Of a stretch of DNA of 64,000 nucleotides, positions 9,988 through 18,755 are shown in pieces. Position 1 is the stretch's first letter; every line of letters starts with the position of its first letter. The stretch spans positions 23,912 to 87,911 of the forward strand of contig JAOZUK010000001.1 in NCBI GenBank assembly GCA_029938715.1. The letters are read 5' to 3'. The position numbers and the translations under genes are program-made. This stretch comes from Bacteroidales bacterium. Lineage in GTDB: Bacteria; Bacteroidota; Bacteroidia; Bacteroidales; GCA-2748055. The notes under the pieces are model-generated. The model searched no databases. It worked only from the letters and a program-made list of their open reading frames with translations, and was not told where the DNA came from.

Positions 9988-11823
9988 CTACTCGACAGTG
10001 ACGGATTTAGCCAGATTCCTGGGCTGATCCACATCACATCCACGCATGAGTGCAATGTGATAGGCAATTAACTGCAGCGGAACCACCGAGGGAAGGGACA
10101 CAAGTACCGGATCGGTTTCCGGGATCTCTATCACATGGTCTGCCATCTCTTTAATGGCCGTATCTCCTTCTGTAACGATGGCAATTACCACTCCATTGCG
10201 AGCTTTAACCTCCTGGATGTTGCTTACAATCTTGTTGTAAGAGCTGTCTCGGGTGGCTATAAATACCACAGGCATCTTCTCATCGATCAGTGCGATGGGA
10301 CCATGTTTCATCTCTGCAGCAGGATAGCCCTCTGCATGAATATAGGAGATCTCTTTGAGCTTCAATGCTCCCTCCAGTGCAACCGGGAAAGAGACTCCAC
10401 GACCCAGATAGAGGACATTTGTAGCATCCTTGTATATTTCAGCAATGCGCCTGAACTCTTCATTCTGCTCCAGTATCTTCTCAATCTTACCGGGTATGTT
10501 GTTCAGTTCAGATATCAGTTTAGCAAAACGATCTTCTGATAACAGTCCCTTCTCTTTCCCAATCATCATGGCAATCATGGTAATTACGGTTACCTGTGCA
10601 GTGAACGCTTTGGTGGAGGCAACCCCTATTTCGGTTCCCGCATGGGTGTAAACTCCGGCATGGGTCTCCCGGGAGATACTCGATCCGGCCACATTACAGA
10701 TCCCCAGAACCAGCGCACCAGCCTCCCTGGCCAGCTGAATGGCTGCCAGCGTATCCGCTGTTTCACCACTCTGACTAATGGCCAGGACCACATCGTCGGG
10801 ACCAATCATGGGATTGCGATAACGGAACTCGGAAGCATACTCCACCTCCACCGGAATCCTTGCCATATCTTCAATAAGGTATTCGCCTACCAATCCCGCA
10901 TGCCATGAGGTGCCACAGGCAATCACCACTATGCGCTTGGCATTCACAAGCTGTTCTTTTACAGCGTGAAGCCCTCCCAACCTGATTTCGTTGGTATCGG
11001 GATGGATCCGGCCCCTGAAGGTATCCTCTATGGAGCGGGGTTGCTCAAATATTTCCTTTAGCATGTAGTGGTCATACCCTTGCTTCTCAATCTCTGAAAT
11101 TCCCAGATCCAGGGTCTGGATATTGACACTGGTCCCGTTGCTACCCATATTTTTCAATACCAGCTCGTCCCTTCTGATCAGGGCCATATCGTCGTTATTC
11201 AGATAGATAACCCTGTCGGTATACTCCACAATGGGCGTGGCATCGGAAGCAATAAAATACTCTTTGTCTCCCAGCCCAATGACCAACGGGCTACTTTTAC
11301 GGGCGGCAATCATCAGGTTGGGATCTTCCGTGGAAATAACCACCAGACCATAGGCCCCATCCACCTTTTGAAGAGCCAGTGCCACAGCTGACTCCACGCT
11401 TACATCCTGCGAGGTATAGATATATTCGATCAGGTTGGCCAGCACCTCCGTATCGGTCTCACTGTAGAAACTCATCCCCTGATCCATCAGGGTTTTCTTG
11501 AGCACTGCATAGTTCTCTATGATTCCATTATGAATGATGGTAAATAAACCCTTCTCTGAGTGATGAGGATGGGCATTGAGATCGTTGGGTTCTCCGTGAG
11601 TAGCCCACCGCGTATGACCTATTCCTATGGTACTTTTGGTCTCCTTACCCCTCACATGATCTTCAAGATCAGAGACTTTCCCTTTCTTTTTATAGATGGA
11701 TATTTCACCGTTTAGAAGTGCAACCCCCGCCGAGTCATACCCACGGTACTCCAGTCTTTTCAATCCTTTCAAAAGAATCGGGTAGGCATCTTTATTCCCG
11801 ATATAACCAACTATTCCACACAT
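9988..11823 (-). CDS. glmS: glutamine--fructose-6-phosphate transaminase
   Basis: MCGIVG, LEYRGYDSAG, GHTRWATHG, SQSGETADT, PRNLAKSVTVE. Confidence 0.98.
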   Translation of the reverse strand: MCGIVGYIGNKDAYPILLKGLKRLEYRGYDSAGVALLNGEISIYKKKGKVSDLEDHVRGKETKSTIGIGHTRWATHGEPNDLNAHPHHSEKGLFTIIHNGIIENYAVLKKTLMDQGMSFYSETDTEVLANLIEYIYTSQDVSVESAVALALQKVDGAYGLVVISTEDPNLMIAARKSSPLVIGLGDKEYFIASDATPIVEYTDRVIYLNNDDMALIRRDELVLKNMGSNGTSVNIQTLDLGISEIEKQGYDHYMLKEIFEQPRSIEDTFRGRIHPDTNEIRLGGLHAVKEQLVNAKRIVVIACGTSWHAGLVGEYLIEDMARIPVEVEYASEFRYRNPMIGPDDVVLAISQSGETADTLAAIQLAREAGALVLGICNVAGSSISRETHAGVYTHAGTEIGVASTKAFTAQVTVITMIAMMIGKEKGLLSEDRFAKLISELNNIPGKIEKILEQNEEFRRIAEIYKDATNVLYLGRGVSFPVALEGALKLKEISYIHAEGYPAAEMKHGPIALIDEKMPVVFIATRDSSYNKIVSNIQEVKARNGVVIAIVTEGDTAIKEMADHVIEIPETDPVLVSLPSVVPLQLIAYHIALMRGCDVDQPRNLAKSVTVE

Positions 11824-11895
11824 GTGCTAAAACGTTTAAGGTAATTTCGATCTTAGGTACCTCAAAACTGAGGCACCTCACTTAAAGGTACACAT

Positions 11896-13257
11896 TTACA
11901 ATTTAAGGTATACAACTTCTAGCCTTATACGTCTATTGTTGGTTGGAAGGTTACTCCAAAGTTTGGAAAATCGCGGATTAATTTTTCCATCGTCCACCTG
12001 AAGTATGAAATCATTGACCGAATTTTCCCCATCCACCATGTATTGAAAGTGGAGAGGAATTTCAAATTTGTAGACATAGGTTGTATCGGAAAACATCCCT
12101 TCGGCATCGGCCTTTTTATAGCCCCCAAACTTGCTCGCCTGCTGGCTACTTACCAGGACAATGTAATCATAAATAGGCTCGTAGGCGCTATCACTAAGAA
12201 TGGTTCCCAGCATGAGCCTGTTTGGAAGATCGGCGATTGCAATCCCGCTCTCTTCTTCAGGGACCACATCAAAGACCAGTGTAGCCGAGTTGATGGACAG
12301 GGGTGACTTTGCCATCCACTCTGCCAGGCTGACCAGAGAGAAGCGGGTATTCACACCGGCCATCCCCTGTACATAACTGTATGCAGAGCTGGCGGTCTTG
12401 CTATCGATGATGGTGGAGAGGTAAGTCCCCGAATGATCATTTACAAATGTATTAACCTTCTGGGATGAATACTCATTGATGGAAAAGTAGGTCCAAACAA
12501 AATCCCGACCGGCTGTTGAATCAACCTCTGTGCTATCGTTGGCGTAGTTAAGGGAGACCCTGGATAGGGTATTATTTAGCAGCAATCTGGCCATTGTACC
12601 CTCTTCAGAGGGGGTCTCGGCAGTAATATAAAAACCATTGAAATAGTCCTTAAACACAGAATCATTTTGGAAGAAGTTCGTATCCGACCCTATAGCCAGC
12701 CACTTATCAATAAATTCCTGGTCTTCAATCACAAAATCAACGGTGGTTCCATCTTCGGGCACAATGCTCTTTACCACAAGGGGTACCGGATTGAATTTTC
12801 CCTCTACATCATAGTCAGATTTATAGATGGAATCGAAAAAAATTCGCTCCTGGAACTCATGAACCGATATGGTAATTTCCTGCTCCATATCGCCCACATA
12901 GTCATTAATAAGGATGGAAAGCATCAGGGTGTCAATTTCCGTGTTCGGCCCAACAATATAACCGGAAGTGCTATTGAATTGGGTGATTACTGCAGCTTCG
13001 GATCTACCTACAATGGTATCCTCTACCCTTCCCAGCAACATTAGGTTGTTTGGATCAAAATTTGTTGCCGATGTAGTGAGCGGATTACCCGTTACCGGAT
13101 AGGCATGGATCTCAAAGATGGTGTCATACAATAAAGATACTTCATCATCTGTTGGCAACAGATCTTCACCCAGACCACTGCTCCCGATCTCACATGACGA
13201 AATGAATCCGGCCATGATCATCATGATCGAAATAACCCACAAATCCCTCTTCTTCAT
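11896..13257 (-). CDS. DUF4270-like lipoprotein
   Basis: Lipobox ISSC; FKDYFNGFYI, YVQGMAG and INSATL segments; sits between the GT5 fragment and glmS as in other Bacteroidota. Confidence 0.75.
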   Translation of the reverse strand: MKKRDLWVISIMMIMAGFISSCEIGSSGLGEDLLPTDDEVSLLYDTIFEIHAYPVTGNPLTTSATNFDPNNLMLLGRVEDTIVGRSEAAVITQFNSTSGYIVGPNTEIDTLMLSILINDYVGDMEQEITISVHEFQERIFFDSIYKSDYDVEGKFNPVPLVVKSIVPEDGTTVDFVIEDQEFIDKWLAIGSDTNFFQNDSVFKDYFNGFYITAETPSEEGTMARLLLNNTLSRVSLNYANDSTEVDSTAGRDFVWTYFSINEYSSQKVNTFVNDHSGTYLSTIIDSKTASSAYSYVQGMAGVNTRFSLVSLAEWMAKSPLSINSATLVFDVVPEEESGIAIADLPNRLMLGTILSDSAYEPIYDYIVLVSSQQASKFGGYKKADAEGMFSDTTYVYKFEIPLHFQYMVDGENSVNDFILQVDDGKINPRFSKLWSNLPTNNRRIRLEVVYLKL

Positions 13258-13272
13258 CGAAAAATAAAGTGT

Positions 13273-14097
13273 TTAATTGTTGATGATGCTGTCGTAGAAA
13301 ACGGCAAACTCCTCCACATATTGTTCGCTATTCACATAATCGAGGATCGGCTTCCCGGCACTTTTCATGACGTCAGTAACCGGTCCGGGCAAAGTTTCAC
13401 TGCCCTGAATCAGTCCATCTGAATAGGTGGCGGCTAAACTAACCAGGTTCTCGTAACCCGGGTCTTTAATCATGGAGACATGATCGGACGAAACTCCATC
13501 CACAAGGAGCTTCTCTGAAAAGGAGCTGTCTAAAGGAAGATTAAAACCATTATCATAAATGGAAAAAATCACTTTTGAATCTGCAAATAATGGATCTTCA
13601 CGGTAGGCCTTCTTAATGTAGAGAGGTACCAGCGAGGTAAACCAGCCATGGCAATGCACCAGATCGGGTGACCAGCGCAATTTACGAACTGTTTCCAGCA
13701 CTCCCCTGGCAAAGAAAATCATACGTTCGTCATTGTCTTTGAAAAAATTCTCCTTTGCATCCGTTACTGTATATTTCCTATGGAAATAATCCTCATTATC
13801 AATAAAATAGACTTGCATTCGTGCAGCCTGTATGGAAGCCACTTTGATAATCAAAGGATGATCTGTATCGTCGATGATCAGATTCATTCCCGACAGCCTG
13901 ATTACTTCGTGTAACTGGTTCCTTCGTTCATTGATGTTCCCATATTTCGGCATAAAGGTTCGGATCTCTTTGCCAGTCTCCTGAATAGCCTGAGGGAGCG
14001 TTCTGCCAATCAGCGAAAGTTCAGATTCGGGTAGGTAAGGTGTAATCTCCTGAGAAACAAATAATACCTTTTTACTTTCCATCGTGTAAGCCTCCAT
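13273..14097 (-). CDS. glycogen/starch synthase-like protein, N-terminal GT5 domain only
   Basis: KVLFVSQEITPY, RTFMPKYG, ERMIFFARG, PDLVHCHGW; 274 aa, no C-terminal GT1 domain. Confidence 0.85.
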   Translation of the reverse strand: MEAYTMESKKVLFVSQEITPYLPESELSLIGRTLPQAIQETGKEIRTFMPKYGNINERRNQLHEVIRLSGMNLIIDDTDHPLIIKVASIQAARMQVYFIDNEDYFHRKYTVTDAKENFFKDNDERMIFFARGVLETVRKLRWSPDLVHCHGWFTSLVPLYIKKAYREDPLFADSKVIFSIYDNGFNLPLDSSFSEKLLVDGVSSDHVSMIKDPGYENLVSLAATYSDGLIQGSETLPGPVTDVMKSAGKPILDYVNSEQYVEEFAVFYDSIINN

Positions 14098-14108
14098 TAG
14101 AAATCATG

Positions 14109-14150
14109 CAAATTTACTAAAAATAATTGATTCCATTTTATCTATATTTG
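14109..14150. promoter_or_regulatory. divergent -7 elements: TAAATTTG (minus, 14109-14116) and TATATTTG (plus, 14143-14150)
   Basis: Two exact TAnnTTTG matches in the 69-bp gap between the GT5 gene and panC. Confidence 0.6.
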
Positions 14151-14166
14151 CCATCTCATCAATTGA

Positions 14167-15009
14167 ATGAAGGTATACAAGACAAAAACTGAGCTGTCAG
14201 GTCACCTTTCGTCGCTTGTTTCCAGCGAGAAAACCATAGGCCTGGTTCCCACCATGGGAGCATTGCACCCGGGTCATACTTCTTTGGTTAATCGGGCCAT
14301 TTTGGAAAATGATGTTGTTCTGGTTACCATTTTTGTAAATCCCACCCAGTTCAACGATTCATCCGACCTTGAAAACTATCCCCGGACCCTTGAAGCAGAT
14401 CTGACCCTGCTTAAGAGACTGAAGGTCCATCTGGTTTTTGTTCCCTCCTTGGAGGAGATGTACCCCGAAAAAGATCAACGCACCTTCTACCTGGATAACC
14501 TTGATAAGGTGATGGAGGGTAAACACAGAAAGGACCATTTTAATGGAGTGGCCCAGATAGTCAGTAAACTGTTCCGGTTAACAAATCCCACAAGGGCCTA
14601 TTTTGGGCAAAAGGACTTCCAACAATTTGTTATTGTGCGAAGACTTGTGAAGATCCTGGATTTGGATATCTCCATTGTAGCCTGCCCCATCATTCGCGAA
14701 GAGGATGGACTGGCCATGAGTTCAAGGAACGTAAAGCTAAGTGCCGCCCACCGAAAACTGGCCCCATTTATTCACTCCACATTGAAGCGTGCAACTCAAA
14801 AAATGGACCTGCTATCACCTGAAGAGGTAAAAACTTGGGTGACCTCACAGTTTGAAAAGCAACCAGATATGCATCTGGAATACTTTGAAATTGTTGAGGA
14901 TAAAGAGCTTAGACCCGTTATAGATTGGAAGGAAAAGGTGAACAAAGTGGGCTGTTTAGCTGTTCAATTAGGTGGAGTAAGGCTTATCGATAATATGAAT
15001 TTTGATTAA
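14167..15009 (+). CDS. panC: pantoate--beta-alanine ligase
   Basis: VPTMGALHPGH, IFVNPTQF, YFGQKDFQQ, GLAMSSRN, RLIDN. Confidence 0.97.
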   Translation: MKVYKTKTELSGHLSSLVSSEKTIGLVPTMGALHPGHTSLVNRAILENDVVLVTIFVNPTQFNDSSDLENYPRTLEADLTLLKRLKVHLVFVPSLEEMYPEKDQRTFYLDNLDKVMEGKHRKDHFNGVAQIVSKLFRLTNPTRAYFGQKDFQQFVIVRRLVKILDLDISIVACPIIREEDGLAMSSRNVKLSAAHRKLAPFIHSTLKRATQKMDLLSPEEVKTWVTSQFEKQPDMHLEYFEIVEDKELRPVIDWKEKVNKVGCLAVQLGGVRLIDNMNFD

Positions 15010-15032
15010 ATTTGTAGACAATTACAAAGGAT

Positions 15033-15383
15033 ATGAACATTGAAGTAGTAAAATCGAAAATTCACAGGGTAACGGTAACAGAAGCCGACCTGAACTACAT
15101 TGGAAGCATTACCATTGATGAGGACCTTATGGATGCAGCCAATCTTATAGAGAATGAGAAGGTTCAGATCGTGAATATAAACAATGGTGAGCGTCTCGAA
15201 ACATACGTTATTACAGGAGAACGGGGAACAGGACAAATTTGTCTGAATGGGCCGGCAGCACGCAAGGTGGCCGTTGGGGATATCATTATCATTATATCCT
15301 ATGCCAGCATGGACTTTGATGAGGCCAAAATATTTAAACCCTCACTTATTTTCCCCCATACAGCCTCCAATAAGTTAAACTGA
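15033..15383 (+). CDS. panD: aspartate 1-decarboxylase
   Basis: [14 protein letters not shown] autocleavage site, [14 protein letters not shown]. Confidence 0.97.
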   Translation: MNIEVVKSKIHRVTVTEADLNYIGSITIDEDLMDAANLIENEKVQIVNINNGERLETYVITGERGTGQICLNGPAARKVAVGDIIIIISYASMDFDEAKIFKPSLIFPHTASNKLN

Positions 15384-15391
15384 CTCTTCCT

Positions 15392-16426
15392 TTGAAAAAA
15401 ATCCTGTTACAAATTCTGAAAATCGCCGGATTTCTGGCACTGGGAATTCTGTTGCTCTATTTTGCTTTCCGGGGCATTGCGCTTGATAAACTGGCATCTA
15501 CTCTCAAGGAAGTTAATTTTTGGTGGATCGGGCTCTCCCTCTTTTTTGCCTTTATCTCCTTTTTCAGCCGTGCCCGGCGATGGGTGCTTCTTATCGAACC
15601 CCTGGGATTTAAACCCTCCTTCTGGAACACCTATCACTCCCTGATGATAGGATACCTCTCCAACTATGCTTTGCCCAGACTTGGAGAGGTGACCCGTTGC
15701 ATCACATTGGGCAGGAAGGAGAAGATCCCCGTGGATTCACTGATTGGAACAGTGATCATCGAACGGGTAATCGACCTGTTGATGCTTCTTCTGATTCTGT
15801 TCATACTCCTTTTAAGCTGGATGGATAAATTTGGGGAGTTTTTCGGAAAGCAGGTTTTTATGCCCCTCCAGGAAAAAATTGTGGGAGCATTTGGTGGTGC
15901 CCTGATGTTCTGGCTAATGATTGGAGGCGGATTCCTGGGAATTTTTCTGCTCATCTACCTGTTCCGAAAACAACTGGGCAGGTTTGCGATCATGCACAAA
16001 ATTAAAGAGATCCTTATTGGAATCCTGGATGGCTTGAAAACCATTTACAAGATGGAGCGAAAATGGGAATTCATTCTCCATTCTGTTTTAATCTGGTTCC
16101 TCTATATATTAATGACCTGGATGGTGGTTTTTTCACTGAAGGAGACTTCAAACCTTACCTTTATCGATGGGATGTTTCTGCTGGTCATTGGGGGACTTGG
16201 AATGGCAGCTCCTGTAACGGCTGGTATTGGTGCCTATCACTGGATCACATCCATGGGATTGGTCTATGTGTATGGCTTCTCCCGCGAATTGGGTGGAGCC
16301 TACGCCATCCTGGCCCATGAATCCAACTCCCTGCTTACCATATTAATGGGTGCAGTTTCGTATCTTGTACTGGCACTATCGACCAGGAAAAAAGGGATTG
16401 GTAGAAAAGCCGAATCAGATGCTTAG
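15392..16426 (+). CDS. lysylphosphatidylglycerol synthase TM / flippase-like membrane protein (UPF0104)
   Basis: Multiple TM segments; RARRW, N..LPRLGEVTR, ERVID, P..AGIGAYH. Confidence 0.85.
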   Translation: MKKILLQILKIAGFLALGILLLYFAFRGIALDKLASTLKEVNFWWIGLSLFFAFISFFSRARRWVLLIEPLGFKPSFWNTYHSLMIGYLSNYALPRLGEVTRCITLGRKEKIPVDSLIGTVIIERVIDLLMLLLILFILLLSWMDKFGEFFGKQVFMPLQEKIVGAFGGALMFWLMIGGGFLGIFLLIYLFRKQLGRFAIMHKIKEILIGILDGLKTIYKMERKWEFILHSVLIWFLYILMTWMVVFSLKETSNLTFIDGMFLLVIGGLGMAAPVTAGIGAYHWITSMGLVYVYGFSRELGGAYAILAHESNSLLTILMGAVSYLVLALSTRKKGIGRKAESDA

Positions 16427-16904
16427 TTACGAAGAGATCCTTAAAAAAATTATTCCGTTCGACCGGATTGAGAATTTATTTACGGATTCTTTCAGGGAAA
16501 AACAGACCCTGGTGTTTACCAACGGGTGTTTCGATGTATTGCACAGGGGACATATCTACTACCTCTCAAGGGCCAGGGAACTTGGCGACCTGTTGGTGGT
16601 GGGCCTAAACAGCGATGAGTCTGTAACCAGGCTCAAGGGACCAGGGCGTCCGGTAAATAATCAGCAGGCCAGGGCCGAGGTGTTGGGTGGACTGGCATTT
16701 GTGGATCACATTGTCATTTTTCCTGAAGAGACCCCCCTGAACCTGATCAACGCCATCAGACCTCATGTCCTTATCAAGGGCGGAGACTATAAGGTAGAAG
16801 AGATCGTGGGATACCAACAGGTGCACTCCTGGGGAGGAAGGGTGGAAACCATCCCGCTGCTGGAAGGCTACTCCTCCACCTCCATTATAGACAGAACAAC
16901 CTGA
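16419..16904 (+). CDS. rfaE2: D-glycero-beta-D-manno-heptose 1-phosphate adenylyltransferase (standalone RfaE domain II)
   Basis: FTNGCFDVLHRGH, VGLNSD.SV.RLKG..RP, KGGDY, GYSSTSII; ATG at 16419 chosen. Confidence 0.9.
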   Translation: MLSYEEILKKIIPFDRIENLFTDSFREKQTLVFTNGCFDVLHRGHIYYLSRARELGDLLVVGLNSDESVTRLKGPGRPVNNQQARAEVLGGLAFVDHIVIFPEETPLNLINAIRPHVLIKGGDYKVEEIVGYQQVHSWGGRVETIPLLEGYSSTSIIDRTT

Positions 16905-16905
16905 T

Positions 16906-18264
16906 ATGGCAAAAGTAAAATCGGTATATGTTTGTCAGAATTGTGGCTCAGAGTCTGCCAAATGGATTGGTAGATGCAATTCATGTGGCGAATGGAACAC
17001 TTATGTGGAACAGAAAATTTCCAAAGGGCCGGCCCGTTCTACCTCTGTTCGCAAAGATTCCTATGTGGTACCAAAGAATCTGAACGAGGTGCAATCGGAC
17101 CAGGTAACCCGCATCGATTTGAGAAACGGGGAGTTCAACCGGGTCCTTGGAGGAGGGATTGTCCCCGGATCGTTAATTCTTATTGGGGGAGAACCCGGAA
17201 TAGGTAAATCAACCCTGGCGCTTCAGGTGGCACTCCGCATAGATAAAAACACGCTCTACGTTTCAGGGGAAGAGAGTCCTCAGCAACTTAAGATGAGAGC
17301 CGAGCGACTGGGTGGAGGATCAGGACAGTGCCAGGTACTGGCTGAAACCAGCCTCCAGGTCATTCTTACCCAGATGGAACAGGTAAAGCCCCAACTCCTG
17401 ATCATCGATTCCATTCAAACCCTCTATTCCGAAGAGATTGAGTCGGCCCCCGGAACCATCTCCCAGGTAAGAGATTGCGCGGCACAGCTTCTGCGGGTAG
17501 CCAAGGAGACCCACATCCCCATGATACTTATCGGTCACATTAACAAGGAGGGTAGCATTGCTGGACCAAAGGTGCTGGAGCATATTGTGGATACTGTACT
17601 TCAGTTCGAGGGAGACACACATCACTTCTACCGAATCCTGCGTGCCAACAAAAACCGTTTTGGTTCCACTTCCGAAATTGGAGTGTTTGAGATGACCGGG
17701 CAGGGTTTGCGTGAGATTGTCAACCCTTCCGAGTTGCTGATCAATCAGCAACCTGCCGATCTGAGCGGATCGGCCATTGCTGCCAATGTGGAGGGTGTAC
17801 GCCCCATCCTGATTGAAGTGCAGGCACTGGTAAGCACTGCTGTCTATGGAACACCCCAGCGGACTTCCACAGGATTTGATACCCGCAGACTAAGCATGCT
17901 CCTGGCCGTACTGGAAAAAAGAGCCAGTTTCAAACTGGCCAGTAAGGACGTCTTTATTAATATCGCCGGGGGGATAAGGGTGGACGATCCCGCCATCGAT
18001 CTGGCAGTGATCTCAGCCATTCTCTCCTCCACGGTGGATATTCCCATAGATCCTTACACCTGCTTCGCCGGTGAAGTTGGTTTATCGGGAGAAATTCGTC
18101 CTGTAACCCGAATCGATCAGCGGCTGGGAGAAGCCGATAAGCTGGGAATGAAACGAATCCTCATGCCTGCTTTCAATAAAAAGAGGATCGATCCATCCAG
18201 GTTTAACCTGGAGATTGTGGAGGTAAACAGGGTACAGGAGATTCCCAAATACCTCTTTGGGTAA
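16906..18264 (+). CDS. radA: DNA repair protein RadA/Sms
   Basis: C4 zinc finger, GGEPGIGKSTL, KNRFG, Lon-like C-terminus. Confidence 0.98.
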   Translation: MAKVKSVYVCQNCGSESAKWIGRCNSCGEWNTYVEQKISKGPARSTSVRKDSYVVPKNLNEVQSDQVTRIDLRNGEFNRVLGGGIVPGSLILIGGEPGIGKSTLALQVALRIDKNTLYVSGEESPQQLKMRAERLGGGSGQCQVLAETSLQVILTQMEQVKPQLLIIDSIQTLYSEEIESAPGTISQVRDCAAQLLRVAKETHIPMILIGHINKEGSIAGPKVLEHIVDTVLQFEGDTHHFYRILRANKNRFGSTSEIGVFEMTGQGLREIVNPSELLINQQPADLSGSAIAANVEGVRPILIEVQALVSTAVYGTPQRTSTGFDTRRLSMLLAVLEKRASFKLASKDVFINIAGGIRVDDPAIDLAVISAILSSTVDIPIDPYTCFAGEVGLSGEIRPVTRIDQRLGEADKLGMKRILMPAFNKKRIDPSRFNLEIVEVNRVQEIPKYLFG

Positions 18265-18740
18265 TGGAACCCTTTCAACAAATGGAACTGCCCCTGTTCA
18301 GGGATGATGTTAAATCAACCATTCCTCCCTATTCTATCCAATGTCCTGCCATCAAGTCGGGTGCCGAATACTATTTTGAAACTGAAAGCGGCCTCCATTA
18401 CCAGGTCCTGTTTGCCAAAAAGAAAAACTCCTATCTGGAGAATATCGTAAACTTCTCCGTGCTTAGTGATGAATTTGAGGATGAATACAGTGAAACCAAC
18501 AGGGGGGAGATCTATCGCATCATTGCCACTGTGGTGGAGATTATCCGGATCTACCACAGCAAACATACCTACTCCACCAGCTATGAATTCAGCGGAGAGT
18601 TCAAAAAAGGGAACGAGAACCGGGAAACAAGTATCCGAACCTTACTCTATTACCGAAAAGCCAGGGAGATTTTGCATCCTGGCTGGAAGGTAAGGGTTTG
18701 CGAAAACAGGGTGGTGGTACGCCACCAAAAGGGTAAATAA
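18264..18740 (+). CDS. hypothetical protein, possibly DUF6934-like
   Basis: 158-aa ORF coupled to radA (TAATG); TNRGEIYRIIATV...FSGE...RTLLY resembles DUF6934-type proteins, from memory only. Confidence 0.6.
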   Translation: MEPFQQMELPLFRDDVKSTIPPYSIQCPAIKSGAEYYFETESGLHYQVLFAKKKNSYLENIVNFSVLSDEFEDEYSETNRGEIYRIIATVVEIIRIYHSKHTYSTSYEFSGEFKKGNENRETSIRTLLYYRKAREILHPGWKVRVCENRVVVRHQKGK

Positions 18741-18755
18741 CAGTCCGGAATAAAC

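Noticed and set aside
11824-11895. glmS ribozyme
   Set aside because: The gap is only 72 nt and lacks the multi-stem ribozyme core
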